Shown one piece after another: positions 8,525 through 17,580 of a stretch of 64,000 nt of DNA. The stretch covers positions 1-64,000 of IMG/VR virus record IMGVR_UViG_3300043372_000294. One strand, given 5' to 3'. The position numbers and the translations under genes are program-made. A model generated the notes under the pieces. That model had not been told where the DNA came from and searched no databases. It was given only the letters and a program-made list of their open reading frames with translations. This DNA comes from a virus. Lineage: Duplodnaviria > Caudoviricetes. How positions within the stretch are numbered: position 1 is the first letter of the stretch; each line of letters begins with the position of its first letter.

Positions 8525-8639
8525 ATTGATGACCTAGTTTTTCAAAATGATTTTTTTGAGTCACGGAAAGAATGAGCCGCCAAAATGAGCACCCCTACCT
8601 AATTATGCAGCCAATCATGCCCAGCAAATTAGGTACATA
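8520..8639. repeat. dispersed ~120-bp intergenic repeat, copy B
   Basis: Aligns with 3184-3305. Confidence 0.9.
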
Positions 8640-8659
8640 AATACGTCAATATTTAACAT

Positions 8660-8696
8660 AAAAAAATGGGCACCTAATTAGGATGCCCATCTTTTT
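8660..8696. terminator. bidirectional intrinsic terminator after rpf
   Basis: A7-TGGGCACCTAATTAGGATGCCCAT-C-T5. Confidence 0.8.
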
Positions 8697-8729
8697 GAAA
8701 AAAGTATTCAGTTTTTAATTAAAGGAAGT

Positions 8730-9266
<537 letters not shown>

Positions 9267-9461
9267 CTACAGTCTCCTCTCTATGAAGGAAATGGCTCTA
9301 TAACAGGTATATTTCATGCCCCGCATAGCTGGCTCTTGCCAGTCGCCCATCTTCATATATGTAAAAATGCCATTAGTATCAATGACTTGAACATACTCTA
9401 TATATGTCCTATTTGCATGGGAGAATTTCAAAAAATCAAGATAGTCCTTAAATATCTTGAT
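9267..9461 (-). other. 64-codon open frame with no ATG at the expected start (possible uORF, decayed gene or leader)
   Basis: ATC AAG ATA TTT AAG...CTG TAG; begins 5 nt after TATAAT. Confidence 0.4.
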
Positions 9462-9466
9462 AGTCT

Positions 9467-9475
9467 ATTATACCA
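9467..9475 (-). promoter_or_regulatory. extended -10 promoter upstream of rpf
   Basis: TGGTATAAT followed by the inverted repeat ATCAAGATA-N9-TATCTTGAT. Confidence 0.7.
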
Positions 9476-9491
9476 ATAATAGACCTACTTG

Positions 9492-9743
9492 TCACTCTTC
9501 ATCAACGATATCGAAGACAACATCACCAATGAAAAGACTTCCGGGCCTATTGGCCTCCATATCAGAATATACCTCAACCTGATGAATATTTTGTTCTCTA
9601 TCAAGAACAATCAATACAGGCCAAACATCTCCATCATCAACAATTGTTTGACAATCAAGAATAGTTCCACCAATAAGTTGATCAAGGTATTTCTGCAAAC
9701 CTTCCTTATAAGCCCCCATATTATATGCCCCGTCCGTCGTCAT
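9492..9743 (-). CDS. hypothetical protein
   Basis: GGAG RBS. Confidence 0.65.
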   Translation of the reverse strand: MTTDGAYNMGAYKEGLQKYLDQLIGGTILDCQTIVDDGDVWPVLIVLDREQNIHQVEVYSDMEANRPGSLFIGDVVFDIVDEE

Positions 9744-9921
9744 TATTTTTCTCCATATCTTTTGTGATTACATTACGAAGATCAAGACAAAAGTCTTGGA
9801 TCTCATTACTGCTTATAAGGCTCACATTTGATGCCCGAGCCAAGAATGTATCAATGATAGAGAGGAACTCTCCGTAAGCTTCTACGGAGAGTTCCTCTTC
9901 ATCAATAGAAATAGCGCTCAA
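9721..9921 (-). CDS. hypothetical protein
   Basis: Tiles with neighbouring genes. Confidence 0.6.
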   Translation of the reverse strand: MSAISIDEEELSVEAYGEFLSIIDTFLARASNVSLISSNEIQDFCLDLRNVITKDMEKNNDDGRGI

Positions 9922-10253
9922 TCTTTAGTCTTAACGTCACTCTTTACTGCACGACGAACTGAACTCTTCTTGTCATCAGATTCCGAAGCCGGAACTCCAA
10001 CGAAGTAAACATCACCAATCTGGTGATCATCTTCATGGCGAGAAAATACGATACTAACTCCCAAGCCCATGCTATGTGCAGCCTGACGAATACGCTGCTG
10101 CAAAGCGTTATACTTATTGCCAAACTCAATGTCCTTGATCATCTGGGCGGAACCAGAAGCAAGAGCATTCTGAATCTGAATACGCTCCTCAGACGGACGA
10201 GCACCACCACGGCGCACGCTGGGGATAGATTCTGCTGACTCAATATTAAGCAT
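9918..10253 (-). CDS. hypothetical protein, possibly DNA-binding
   Basis: AGGAG RBS; upstream TATACT -10; basic RRGG patch. Confidence 0.65.
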   Translation of the reverse strand: MLNIESAESIPSVRRGGARPSEERIQIQNALASGSAQMIKDIEFGNKYNALQQRIRQAAHSMGLGVSIVFSRHEDDHQIGDVYFVGVPASESDDKKSSVRRAVKSDVKTKD

Positions 10254-10327
10254 TTTTTCTCCTAATGTAAAAGGGTGAATAAACCGCAGCGTCCTGCTGC
10301 TCCGACCAGTATAGCGGCCCTGCGCCG

Positions 10328-10356
10328 AAAACCTACCTTCGGGCAGGATTTTTTCT
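10328..10356 (-). terminator. putative terminator after whiB
   Basis: CCTGCC-CGAA-GGTAGG-TTTT on the minus strand. Confidence 0.5.
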
Positions 10357-10392
10357 AATCGCTCATTCTAACCGAGCATATCTATAAGCAAC

Positions 10393-10638
10393 CTATTTGA
10401 CAGCAACCGGATTTTTAATCTCACGGCCTTTCTTGAAGAAACTTCCTCCCCATACACCATAACAATCTTTCTGCTCCAATCCCGCCTCACGACACTGCTT
10501 TTTAATCTCGCATCTATTGCACACAGAAAGCACAACAAGCTTGTTCTTCGGTGTCATCTCTTCAAATTCTTCAAAAAACATAGAAGTATCCATACCCCTC
10601 TTCTTACAAAGGGCTTTGTTTAAATCAATATTAATCAT
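10393..10638 (-). CDS. whiB: WhiB-family Fe-S transcription factor
   Basis: C..FF..C-x2-C-x5-C and YGVWGG. Confidence 0.9.
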   Translation of the reverse strand: MINIDLNKALCKKRGMDTSMFFEEFEEMTPKNKLVVLSVCNRCEIKKQCREAGLEQKDCYGVWGGSFFKKGREIKNPVAVK

Positions 10639-10645
10639 TAGTCTC

Positions 10646-12430
10646 CTAGATTATTTCAAGCCATCCCATAATATCATTAGGGATCTCTTTTACTAATTCA
10701 TTATTTTTATTATCTGCGTTAATTCTTTTTATTACTTCCTCATCAGCGTCGCTATACATGACATTATAATTCTCTTCATCAAGGATTTCTATGTCAATCT
10801 CAAAATCTGATACTAAATTAGAAACGCACATAAACGCTGCGCCAGCAACAGAATCCGCAAGATCCTTGCTGCCAGTAGTAGGATGGTCAACCTTAGTATT
10901 ATTGATAAGTTTCAGTTTAAGAAGCTCATCCTCGACAAGAATCTCATTCCAATATCCTCTAAGTCTACCATCATAAATAGCAGTAGACAACGTGTCGTAA
11001 TCTTTTTTAGCAACAGTATGAAGATCAGCATTAATATTCAAAGCACGCAATGACTGAATCATATCAGCACTATTCCATTGATCGAAAGTAACCGAAACAA
11101 CAGTGAACTTTCTAGTCAGATCTGAAATCGTTGAGCGGATCTCAGCAAAAGGAATCTCAGAATTATCTTCGGCCTTCCAGCTTTGAATATAATCCATCTC
11201 TATAACAGGAAGATTTTCTACCCCGCCAAGAGTCTTGATCTTTTTGAAACCCGGACAGTGAACCATACACAAAGCAGCCCTATCCCGCTTAAGGCCTAAA
11301 TCGATATGAATATACCTAGGGTGAGTATCAGCACCGTTGAACCAAGTCTTGAAGCGCCCCTCATCATCCATAGGATTCTCTTTGAAGCGGAAAGCAGAAC
11401 GAACAGACTCTGGATCACGGAAGTACGCATCAACCATCTCAGGAGGCTCGCACATGAAACGAGCCCTAGCCATAATCGGATCACGACGGAACTCATTCTC
11501 AAACTCCTCACGATGACGAGTAGGGTTAACGTCCCAAGTTGCGGCCTTCAGGCACCAAGATGTAGCCTCCCGGTAAAGCCCGGTATTGCCAAGCTTCTCA
11601 TCAAGCATCACACCACCATGCTCATGTAGATCATCAATTACGGACTTATATCTCTGCTGGATAAAGTCGCCCTTGAAACGAGGGAAGGAAAGTAAAACCA
11701 CTTTCCCAACACTAGGGAAACGAGAAGTAATTGAAGCTCTAGCCATGTCATAAATCTCAGAAGCAGAACCTTTATTTCGAAGCTGCCCCTTAAGTTCGAC
11801 ATCAGTCTTGAAAGCACTGATCTCATCAAGTACAACAGTCAGAACCTCATAACCCTCCCAGCCTTCAGCCTCAGAGTGACCAGAGAACATTCGGACAGGA
11901 CGATCAAACCAAAATATCTCCTGAACTCTAGGCTCAAATCCAACATCATTTGCCCAAGGTGAAGCCAGCAAAAGATTCTTCAGCGGATCAAAGAAAACCT
12001 GCTGAGCCTGCTTAGCATTAACAGCAAGATTCACAAGATCAATGTAAACACCATTAGCTTTGCCGTAGTAACCAAGAGGGTCGCGAAGGCAATGAAGAAG
12101 ATAAGAAATATAAGCAAGCGAAACTCTAGACACATGATCCTTGCCCGAGCCTTTACCAAGCTGACAGATAACCTCGTTCACAGTATACTGCTTATAATAA
12201 GCAAGGCCTGCTTCTTCACCCATAAGTTGAGCAAGAGTCTCTGGTTTGAAAATCTGTGTAATACGACGAGCAATCTCAAGCTGAATGTCGCTCAAAGGGG
12301 GAAGACCAAGAAACTTCTTATCAGTAACAAATCTTTGAATAGGAATAGGTTCATCATTCAAATCTTCATTCTTAAGAAGTCTTTCAAAATCTTCGAAGTC
12401 AATATTAGCTCCGTAATAATCTTCACCCAT
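10646..12430 (-). CDS. terL: terminase large subunit
   Basis: Walker A GKGSGKD, Walker B VVLDE, nuclease motifs HIDLG...DHP...SKDLAD. Confidence 0.92.
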   Translation of the reverse strand: MGEDYYGANIDFEDFERLLKNEDLNDEPIPIQRFVTDKKFLGLPPLSDIQLEIARRITQIFKPETLAQLMGEEAGLAYYKQYTVNEVICQLGKGSGKDHVSRVSLAYISYLLHCLRDPLGYYGKANGVYIDLVNLAVNAKQAQQVFFDPLKNLLLASPWANDVGFEPRVQEIFWFDRPVRMFSGHSEAEGWEGYEVLTVVLDEISAFKTDVELKGQLRNKGSASEIYDMARASITSRFPSVGKVVLLSFPRFKGDFIQQRYKSVIDDLHEHGGVMLDEKLGNTGLYREATSWCLKAATWDVNPTRHREEFENEFRRDPIMARARFMCEPPEMVDAYFRDPESVRSAFRFKENPMDDEGRFKTWFNGADTHPRYIHIDLGLKRDRAALCMVHCPGFKKIKTLGGVENLPVIEMDYIQSWKAEDNSEIPFAEIRSTISDLTRKFTVVSVTFDQWNSADMIQSLRALNINADLHTVAKKDYDTLSTAIYDGRLRGYWNEILVEDELLKLKLINNTKVDHPTTGSKDLADSVAGAAFMCVSNLVSDFEIDIEILDEENYNVMYSDADEEVIKRINADNKNNELVKEIPNDIMGWLEII

Positions 12431-12761
12431 GATTCAACTTCTTTCGAAAATAATGAACAACATACCCAATAACTCTGATTGGATCATACTTCTGCAAAAA
12501 GCTTGGAGCAGCCAAATGTTTTGCAATAACAACTATCGCAGCCCAGACAGGCCATCTCGCTACTGGATGATCAACTGCTTTCCAGCATCTATCAGAAAAG
12601 GTTTCGTAAGTAACTTTTCCAGCACCATCATCTGAAGAGTGATTTAATATAATTGCAATGATGTCGTAAATTAAAATATAAAGGCCCAGAAAAATCCAAG
12701 CCTTCACTGCTCTCTTAGGAAAAACTTCACTCAACAATCTCTGCGTCTTCAATGTCATCAT
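12423..12761 (-). CDS. membrane protein
   Basis: Two hydrophobic helices; ET.S...HP..RW...HL...YDP. Confidence 0.6.
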   Translation of the reverse strand: MMTLKTQRLLSEVFPKRAVKAWIFLGLYILIYDIIAIILNHSSDDGAGKVTYETFSDRCWKAVDHPVARWPVWAAIVVIAKHLAAPSFLQKYDPIRVIGYVVHYFRKKLNHG

Positions 12762-13329
12762 CGTCTTTATCGCCAGTAGGATCGAAGTCTTCTTCGTTCA
12801 TCATAGCAAATGCTTCTCTGAGCATGACTCTAGCTTTCGGCTTACAAACTTCACAATCAGCAACAATATCTTTGATAACTTTGGAAATAATCTGATTTAC
12901 AGTTTCAGCTTTCTGCATTCGGGCAATATATTCGCCATCAGTCTTTGTTCCACCCATAAGCTGATGAAGTTGAGCTTTCTTAGTTGCGATGTCAAGACAA
13001 AGCTTCAGAGCCTGATTTCTAGCAGAAACCATACCCTCTCTTGTTGCAATCTCAACACTCTCCCAAGACTCCTTGGAGATCTCGTCAAACTCAGCCAAAG
13101 CCTTGACAGTATTGTACTGAACTTTCTCAAGGAAATAAGGATCGTCTTCAGCCCGAGTTTCTAAATATGTTTTATACTGCCCAATATAAGTCTGGACAGT
13201 ATTAGGTGAAAGCTGTTCGAGTTCAGCAATCTCAGAAAGAGAATAGCCTTTTAGATGAAGCAAACCTACTTGCTCAACTTTATTGGCTTTATCAAAATAT
13301 GTTTCTGCTTTTTCTAGCTTTTCACCCAT
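12727..13329 (-). CDS. putative terminase small subunit (HTH)
   Basis: N-terminal HTH (GYSLSEIA), helical body, position near terL. Leaderless ATG at 13329, 7 nt after TATAAT. Confidence 0.6.
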   Translation of the reverse strand: MGEKLEKAETYFDKANKVEQVGLLHLKGYSLSEIAELEQLSPNTVQTYIGQYKTYLETRAEDDPYFLEKVQYNTVKALAEFDEISKESWESVEIATREGMVSARNQALKLCLDIATKKAQLHQLMGGTKTDGEYIARMQKAETVNQIISKVIKDIVADCEVCKPKARVMLREAFAMMNEEDFDPTGDKDDDDIEDAEIVE

Positions 13330-13336
13330 GACATAC

Positions 13337-13345
13337 ATTATACCA
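13337..13345 (-). promoter_or_regulatory. extended -10 promoter (leaderless)
   Basis: TGGTATAAT. Confidence 0.75.
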
Positions 13346-13358
13346 CAAAGACTATAAC

Positions 13359-13634
13359 TTAAATCTTCATGCTTCTGCGCCCACGCGCTCCGGTGGCTTT
13401 GCGCTCAACAACAGCAGCAGCCTCAGTATCATCATCAGGAAGATTCCCACTAAGCTTCTCAATCTCATGACGAAACTCAGCAACAAGAATTACAAGAATC
13501 TTCTCAACCATTTCCTGATTATAATCAGAACCAATCATATATTTATTCAACAACTTCTTGGCGTGTTCGTAAGAGCCGAACTTCAGCAGTTCACGCTCAA
13601 CGACTCGCAGCGTTTCTTTCGCAGTCTTAGACAT
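13359..13634 (-). CDS. hypothetical protein
   Basis: AGGAG RBS; TGGTACAAT promoter at 13676-13684. Confidence 0.65.
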   Translation of the reverse strand: MSKTAKETLRVVERELLKFGSYEHAKKLLNKYMIGSDYNQEMVEKILVILVAEFRHEIEKLSGNLPDDDTEAAAVVERKATGARGRRSMKI

Positions 13635-13706
13635 TTAGATCTCCTATGCATCTAGTTAACATGTGCAACGTAGGCATTGTACCACGACAAAACGAAAAGC
13701 GGACAA

Positions 13707-14009
13707 TCATTTTCCCTTTTTTCTGGCCTTGGCCATAGCACGCATTCTTTCCTCACGCTCTCGTGATGGACGCTTACCCATAGAAGCAGCCTTATTGGGC
13801 CCCTGGGTATTAGCGCCCATCTTCCTGCCCTTTCCTCTGAACTTCAGAAGATCAAATTTTACCAGCCAGTTATAAACAGCCTGTGGGGTAACTTTAATGT
13901 TATACTTCTTCTCAAGAATTTCAACAATGTCCTTGAGATTCAAACGCTTCTTAACATAATGGTGATACAACCATTCACGATCTTTATAAGGTTCAAGCGC
14001 CATCATCAA
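13707..14009 (-). CDS. HTH DNA-binding protein with basic tail
   Basis: YK..EWL...Y......L.DI......VTPQAVYNWL.KF.L. Confidence 0.7.
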   Translation of the reverse strand: MMMALEPYKDREWLYHHYVKKRLNLKDIVEILEKKYNIKVTPQAVYNWLVKFDLLKFRGKGRKMGANTQGPNKAASMGKRPSREREERMRAMAKARKKGK

Positions 14010-14592
14010 CTCCCTTGTTGAGTAAATTTAATCCATAAAGACTTATACCAATAGCATCGCAGATGTCATTGTCATTAATATGACTTAAATCTGGAATTTT
14101 TCTATGGATGATATTAATCGTTCTTTGCTTTCTTTCAAAAGCAGCCATCTTTTTTGATTCTTTTTCCCCAAATTGCTTTGTCCAAGAATCTTTCTCAGCC
14201 TTACTAACATTCTTATATCCTATAAAACTTTTCCAATTAGCAATAGTTACTTCTGAGACACTACTGCATTCTTTAAGGCATTCTCCCAGCAGATGACCTG
14301 ATACTTGAGAAAGAATTCTACTAGTAGCAGGATTTTGGATATAAATAGGTTGTTCAATAAAAATATTATCAATAATAGTCGTACCAAAAATCTTTGGTAC
14401 AGCAGTAGAGATAATCATGAGTTTAGAATTTAAAGGAAAGTTATTGAGATTAATCTTGGCAATCTTGATCAACCTAGTTCGCTCCGGAGTCTGCTCTATA
14501 ATAGAAAAAGCAATAACCGTAGACGAAGCATCTATCCCAACAACAGTCCTAGCCTTCAAGCGACCAATTTTCAAAGTCCTGACGAGGCTCAT
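13993..14592 (-). CDS. RuvC-like Holliday junction resolvase
   Basis: VGIDAS, IFIEQP, WK...G...K, D.CDAIGI. Confidence 0.8.
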   Translation of the reverse strand: MSLVRTLKIGRLKARTVVGIDASSTVIAFSIIEQTPERTRLIKIAKINLNNFPLNSKLMIISTAVPKIFGTTIIDNIFIEQPIYIQNPATSRILSQVSGHLLGECLKECSSVSEVTIANWKSFIGYKNVSKAEKDSWTKQFGEKESKKMAAFERKQRTINIIHRKIPDLSHINDNDICDAIGISLYGLNLLNKGVDDGA

Positions 14593-14921
14593 CAGTAGCT
14601 CCAGTCGTCACGAAGCTTATTTTCATCCCAGCCCCAACCTGCGAGTCTGTTAATAAGTCTCTCAGTCTTGCAGGCTTCGCAAATATTTTCCTCATTATAT
14701 GAGGAGAGAATAGTCTGGCAAGACTTTGTTTTGCAAACTCTAGTCTTATCAGCCCTTCGCTCTTTCTTCTCATAATACCTATTCAGAACATTTTTATTTG
14801 TAACAATCTTTCGGCACTCTATACTGCAATAAACAGAATTATGAACATTAGGCACATAGACACTAAGGCACTCTGAGTTAGCACATATTCTTGGAGCTAA
14901 TGTCATAACAATCCTCAACAA
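14592..14921 (-). CDS. Zn-finger hypothetical protein
   Basis: C....C...YCS.EC and C....C...CEAC; TGATATACT promoter at 14937-14945. Confidence 0.65.
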   Translation of the reverse strand: MLRIVMTLAPRICANSECLSVYVPNVHNSVYCSIECRKIVTNKNVLNRYYEKKERRADKTRVCKTKSCQTILSSYNEENICEACKTERLINRLAGWGWDENKLRDDWSY

Positions 14922-14956
14922 TATACTTTCTATAGAAGTATATCATATCTTAGATA

Positions 14957-15739
14957 TTATTTCTTAAAAGACACTGGAACTCCATCTTCCTGATCACTCC
15001 AGCAGTGATTAAACGCATCGCACCTCTGACAAGCCTGAGAAGTCATCTTGTGAGGTCTAGCAGGAATATTGCCCTGCTTATGAATCTCCCAGATCTTAGC
15101 GTACTTCTCAAAAATAGTGTCAATAAACTTATCATCCCGCTTCACAAGAAGCGGTAAAAGCTCAGAGCTATTCTTCGAATAATAAAGAAGAAAACCCGAA
15201 TCAGAATTAGTGCCATAAAGATAAAACTGAATCTGTCTAAAATGCTCATCCTTAGGCTTATGATAGGCTTTACGATAAGCAAAACCGGCCTCATTGATAG
15301 ACTTGCACTCAACAGGCTTAGGGCCATCCCAATCGATCATAAAGTCAATAAAACCCTTGACTGGAGCAGGTTCAGTGATATTCAACTCAATCTGAGAATC
15401 AAGAAGAATGCCCAGATCACTAAAGAATGAGCCAACAGCATCCTCAACTCTATTCCCAAGATCAAAAATACGTCTAGTCTGACCAAGGAACTTACTGTGC
15501 TGCTCATAACCCCTCATGCGGTACACAGCGAACCTAGCACACTGATTAGGATTAGAAGGAGCAAAACTATCACTCTGCTTCCAATACGTCCCATTACTAG
15601 CCTCAAGCTTCGCATCGATAGCCTTCACTAAAGACTGCTCAAGATCCAAAGAATCAGCAGGGACAACAGTCTCAACCTTCTTCACCGGCTTAACTTCAAC
15701 CTTAGAAGTAGTTTTTAAAGTACCAATAATACTCTTCAT
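14957..15739 (-). CDS. Cas4-like PD-(D/E)xK exonuclease
   Basis: PS....C.R, G.ID, ECKS, QIQFY, C-x2-C-x5-C. Confidence 0.8.
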   Translation of the reverse strand: MKSIIGTLKTTSKVEVKPVKKVETVVPADSLDLEQSLVKAIDAKLEASNGTYWKQSDSFAPSNPNQCARFAVYRMRGYEQHSKFLGQTRRIFDLGNRVEDAVGSFFSDLGILLDSQIELNITEPAPVKGFIDFMIDWDGPKPVECKSINEAGFAYRKAYHKPKDEHFRQIQFYLYGTNSDSGFLLYYSKNSSELLPLLVKRDDKFIDTIFEKYAKIWEIHKQGNIPARPHKMTSQACQRCDAFNHCWSDQEDGVPVSFKK

Positions 15740-16098
15740 CGGAAATCACTCATACTACGCTCCACGCGTCCGAGAAGCTTAAGCGTATTAATATTCTCCT
15801 CAAGAGCAGTAAACATAAGCATCAAAAGATCCTTACGCCTACGCTGCAAAATAGACTTATCACTAGTCTTATAATACTGCGCCCGTGCGCCCAGCTTAGT
15901 TCTAAGAGCAGCAAGCTTCGCAGCAGCAATAAGAGCCTCAGAGCCCATCATCGCATTAGGCTGATCAAGAATACGCTGAACAATCTCCATGCAGCCGGAA
16001 AATTCAGCATACTCCTCGGCGCTCAAAGCACCAGCAACCTCATCAAGATCAACCTCAACATTTGTATCCACATAATTTCTAGCTCTAGTAATCGTCAT
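15736..16098 (-). CDS. helical hypothetical protein in the recombination cluster
   Basis: GGAGG RBS. Confidence 0.65.
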   Translation of the reverse strand: MTITRARNYVDTNVEVDLDEVAGALSAEEYAEFSGCMEIVQRILDQPNAMMGSEALIAAAKLAALRTKLGARAQYYKTSDKSILQRRRKDLLMLMFTALEENINTLKLLGRVERSMSDFR

Positions 16099-16351
16099 CC
16101 AAATCCTCCTTCAAAGATTTAATACTATCCTCATCGGTCATAACATCAACAATCTCACGAATTGTATCCTCATCAGTCCAATTTTCAAACAAAATTAAAT
16201 GATGTGGACACAAAGGAAGATCATCTATCTCAAAAGGCATTCGCAAAGCCTTAAGAGCCATCTCACCACAAAATTCCATTGTAACATGATTCATGGCACG
16301 ACAAAAATCAACATCAATATCAGCAAACTCAGACTTCGTTGTCGGTTCCAA
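16085..16351 (-). CDS. hypothetical protein (C...C...CPHH)
   Basis: TTG start at 16351 after AAGGAG, in the frame of ORF 16085..16459. Confidence 0.55.
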   Translation of the reverse strand: MEPTTKSEFADIDVDFCRAMNHVTMEFCGEMALKALRMPFEIDDLPLCPHHLILFENWTDEDTIREIVDVMTDEDSIKSLKEDLDDDY

Positions 16352-16631
16352 CTCTCTCCTTGAGTTCAAGAAAATCATCCCAATCGACAATAGCCACCAT
16401 TCTACCATCGCCAAAAATAACTTTAATAAGCGGTTTATAATGCCCATCGTTCCATGCATCCTTACTGTGCTTAGCCCAAGCGGTAGACTTCAAAGTAAAA
16501 GTAAACTCATTATGCTTATAATCAACAAGCCATTCACCATCTTGGACAGAATCGCCCTTCTTGAAGCCACGGCCAGAATTCTTCACTGGCACAGCGCCAT
16601 CACGCTTGGCCTCCCTCTTCTCACCCCTCAT
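16329..16631 (-). CDS. small PD-(D/E)xK nuclease, resolvase-like
   Basis: E......G....NSGRG..KGD......VDYK. Confidence 0.65.
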   Translation of the reverse strand: MRGEKREAKRDGAVPVKNSGRGFKKGDSVQDGEWLVDYKHNEFTFTLKSTAWAKHSKDAWNDGHYKPLIKVIFGDGRMVAIVDWDDFLELKERVGTDNEV

Positions 16632-17580
16632 CGGCAACATCTTCACTATCAAAACTCAAAGTAAGCTCATTCAACTGGCCCAAAATAAGCTCCATATCCT
16701 CATCAGACAAAGCATTCACAAGCTTCTCAGCCCCATGATAACTCTCACCATTCCACTCAAACCAAGCACCCTTCTTATTAATCAAACCATGACGCACAGC
16801 AATATGGAACGCCTCACGCTTCAAATCAATATGAGCAGACTCCGGCGAAAACCAATAATCGCCCTTCGTGCCCTGAATAGACTTCTGCTTAGACTTATCA
16901 ATACGCCAAGTCACCTTGCGGGAGGTAATACGCTCATCGCTATCGCGGTCAACATCAGCAGAAGCATCACCAGCATTAAGACGGACAATATTAGTAGCCC
17001 AATGATACGCAGCATTACCATACTTACCTTGAGTAACAAAATACTGACCCTTAGCAGCAATCGTCTGCTGCGCAATAAACACGACACAATGATTCACCCC
17101 CGAAATAAGCTCATCAGCAACCTTCTGAATAAGGACGCCCTGAGAACGAGCATAGATGCCAATGCCACCCATACCATCATCATTCTTATAAAACTGCTCC
17201 ATCACAATCGTATTAATCGAATCAAAAATAAAGAAATACTTTGAATCCTTCTCCCGAAACATCGGCATGATCACATTCAAAATATCCTCAAGAATAGTAG
17301 AACGAATCACAATACGATTATCAATATCAATACCACAATGCTCCATCCACTCATCAGTAGACGAACCCTCAGCATCAACAATCACCGGAGTATAACCAAG
17401 CTTCTGAGCCTCAGCAGCAGCATGAAAACAAAGCGTAGACTTACCAGCCTGAGGATTACCCCAAACAATATGATAACGGCCCGTCCACAAACCACCACCC
17501 AAAATATAATTCAACCCAAACGAAGGAGTCGGAATGATATCCGGCTTCGGAATCTTCTCTCCACCCTTAATTACCAGCAT
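16621..17580 (-). CDS. RecA-like recombinase
   Basis: TPS.GLN..LGGG, Walker A GNPQAGKST, VDAEG, FDS, KKGAWF; start MLVIK at 17580. Confidence 0.88.
   Translation of the reverse strand: MLVIKGGEKIPKPDIIPTPSFGLNYILGGGLWTGRYHIVWGNPQAGKSTLCFHAAAEAQKLGYTPVIVDAEGSSTDEWMEHCGIDIDNRIVIRSTILEDILNVIMPMFREKDSKYFFIFDSINTIVMEQFYKNDDGMGGIGIYARSQGVLIQKVADELISGVNHCVVFIAQQTIAAKGQYFVTQGKYGNAAYHWATNIVRLNAGDASADVDRDSDERITSRKVTWRIDKSKQKSIQGTKGDYWFSPESAHIDLKREAFHIAVRHGLINKKGAWFEWNGESYHGAEKLVNALSDEDMELILGQLNELTLSFDSEDVADEG

Noticed and set aside
3184-8639. The 120-bp repeats as CRISPR repeats, IS ends or att sites
   Set aside because: There are only two diverged copies 5.3 kb apart, each fused to a promoter, and no transposase or integrase in the window.
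10355-10380. GCTCATTCT as a third copy of the promoter cassette
   Set aside because: It is a short match in the opposite orientation and the flanks do not align.
14957-15739. Cas4-like gene as evidence of CRISPR-Cas
   Set aside because: No cas1, cas2 or repeat-spacer array is visible. It sits in a RecA/resolvase module, as is common in phages.
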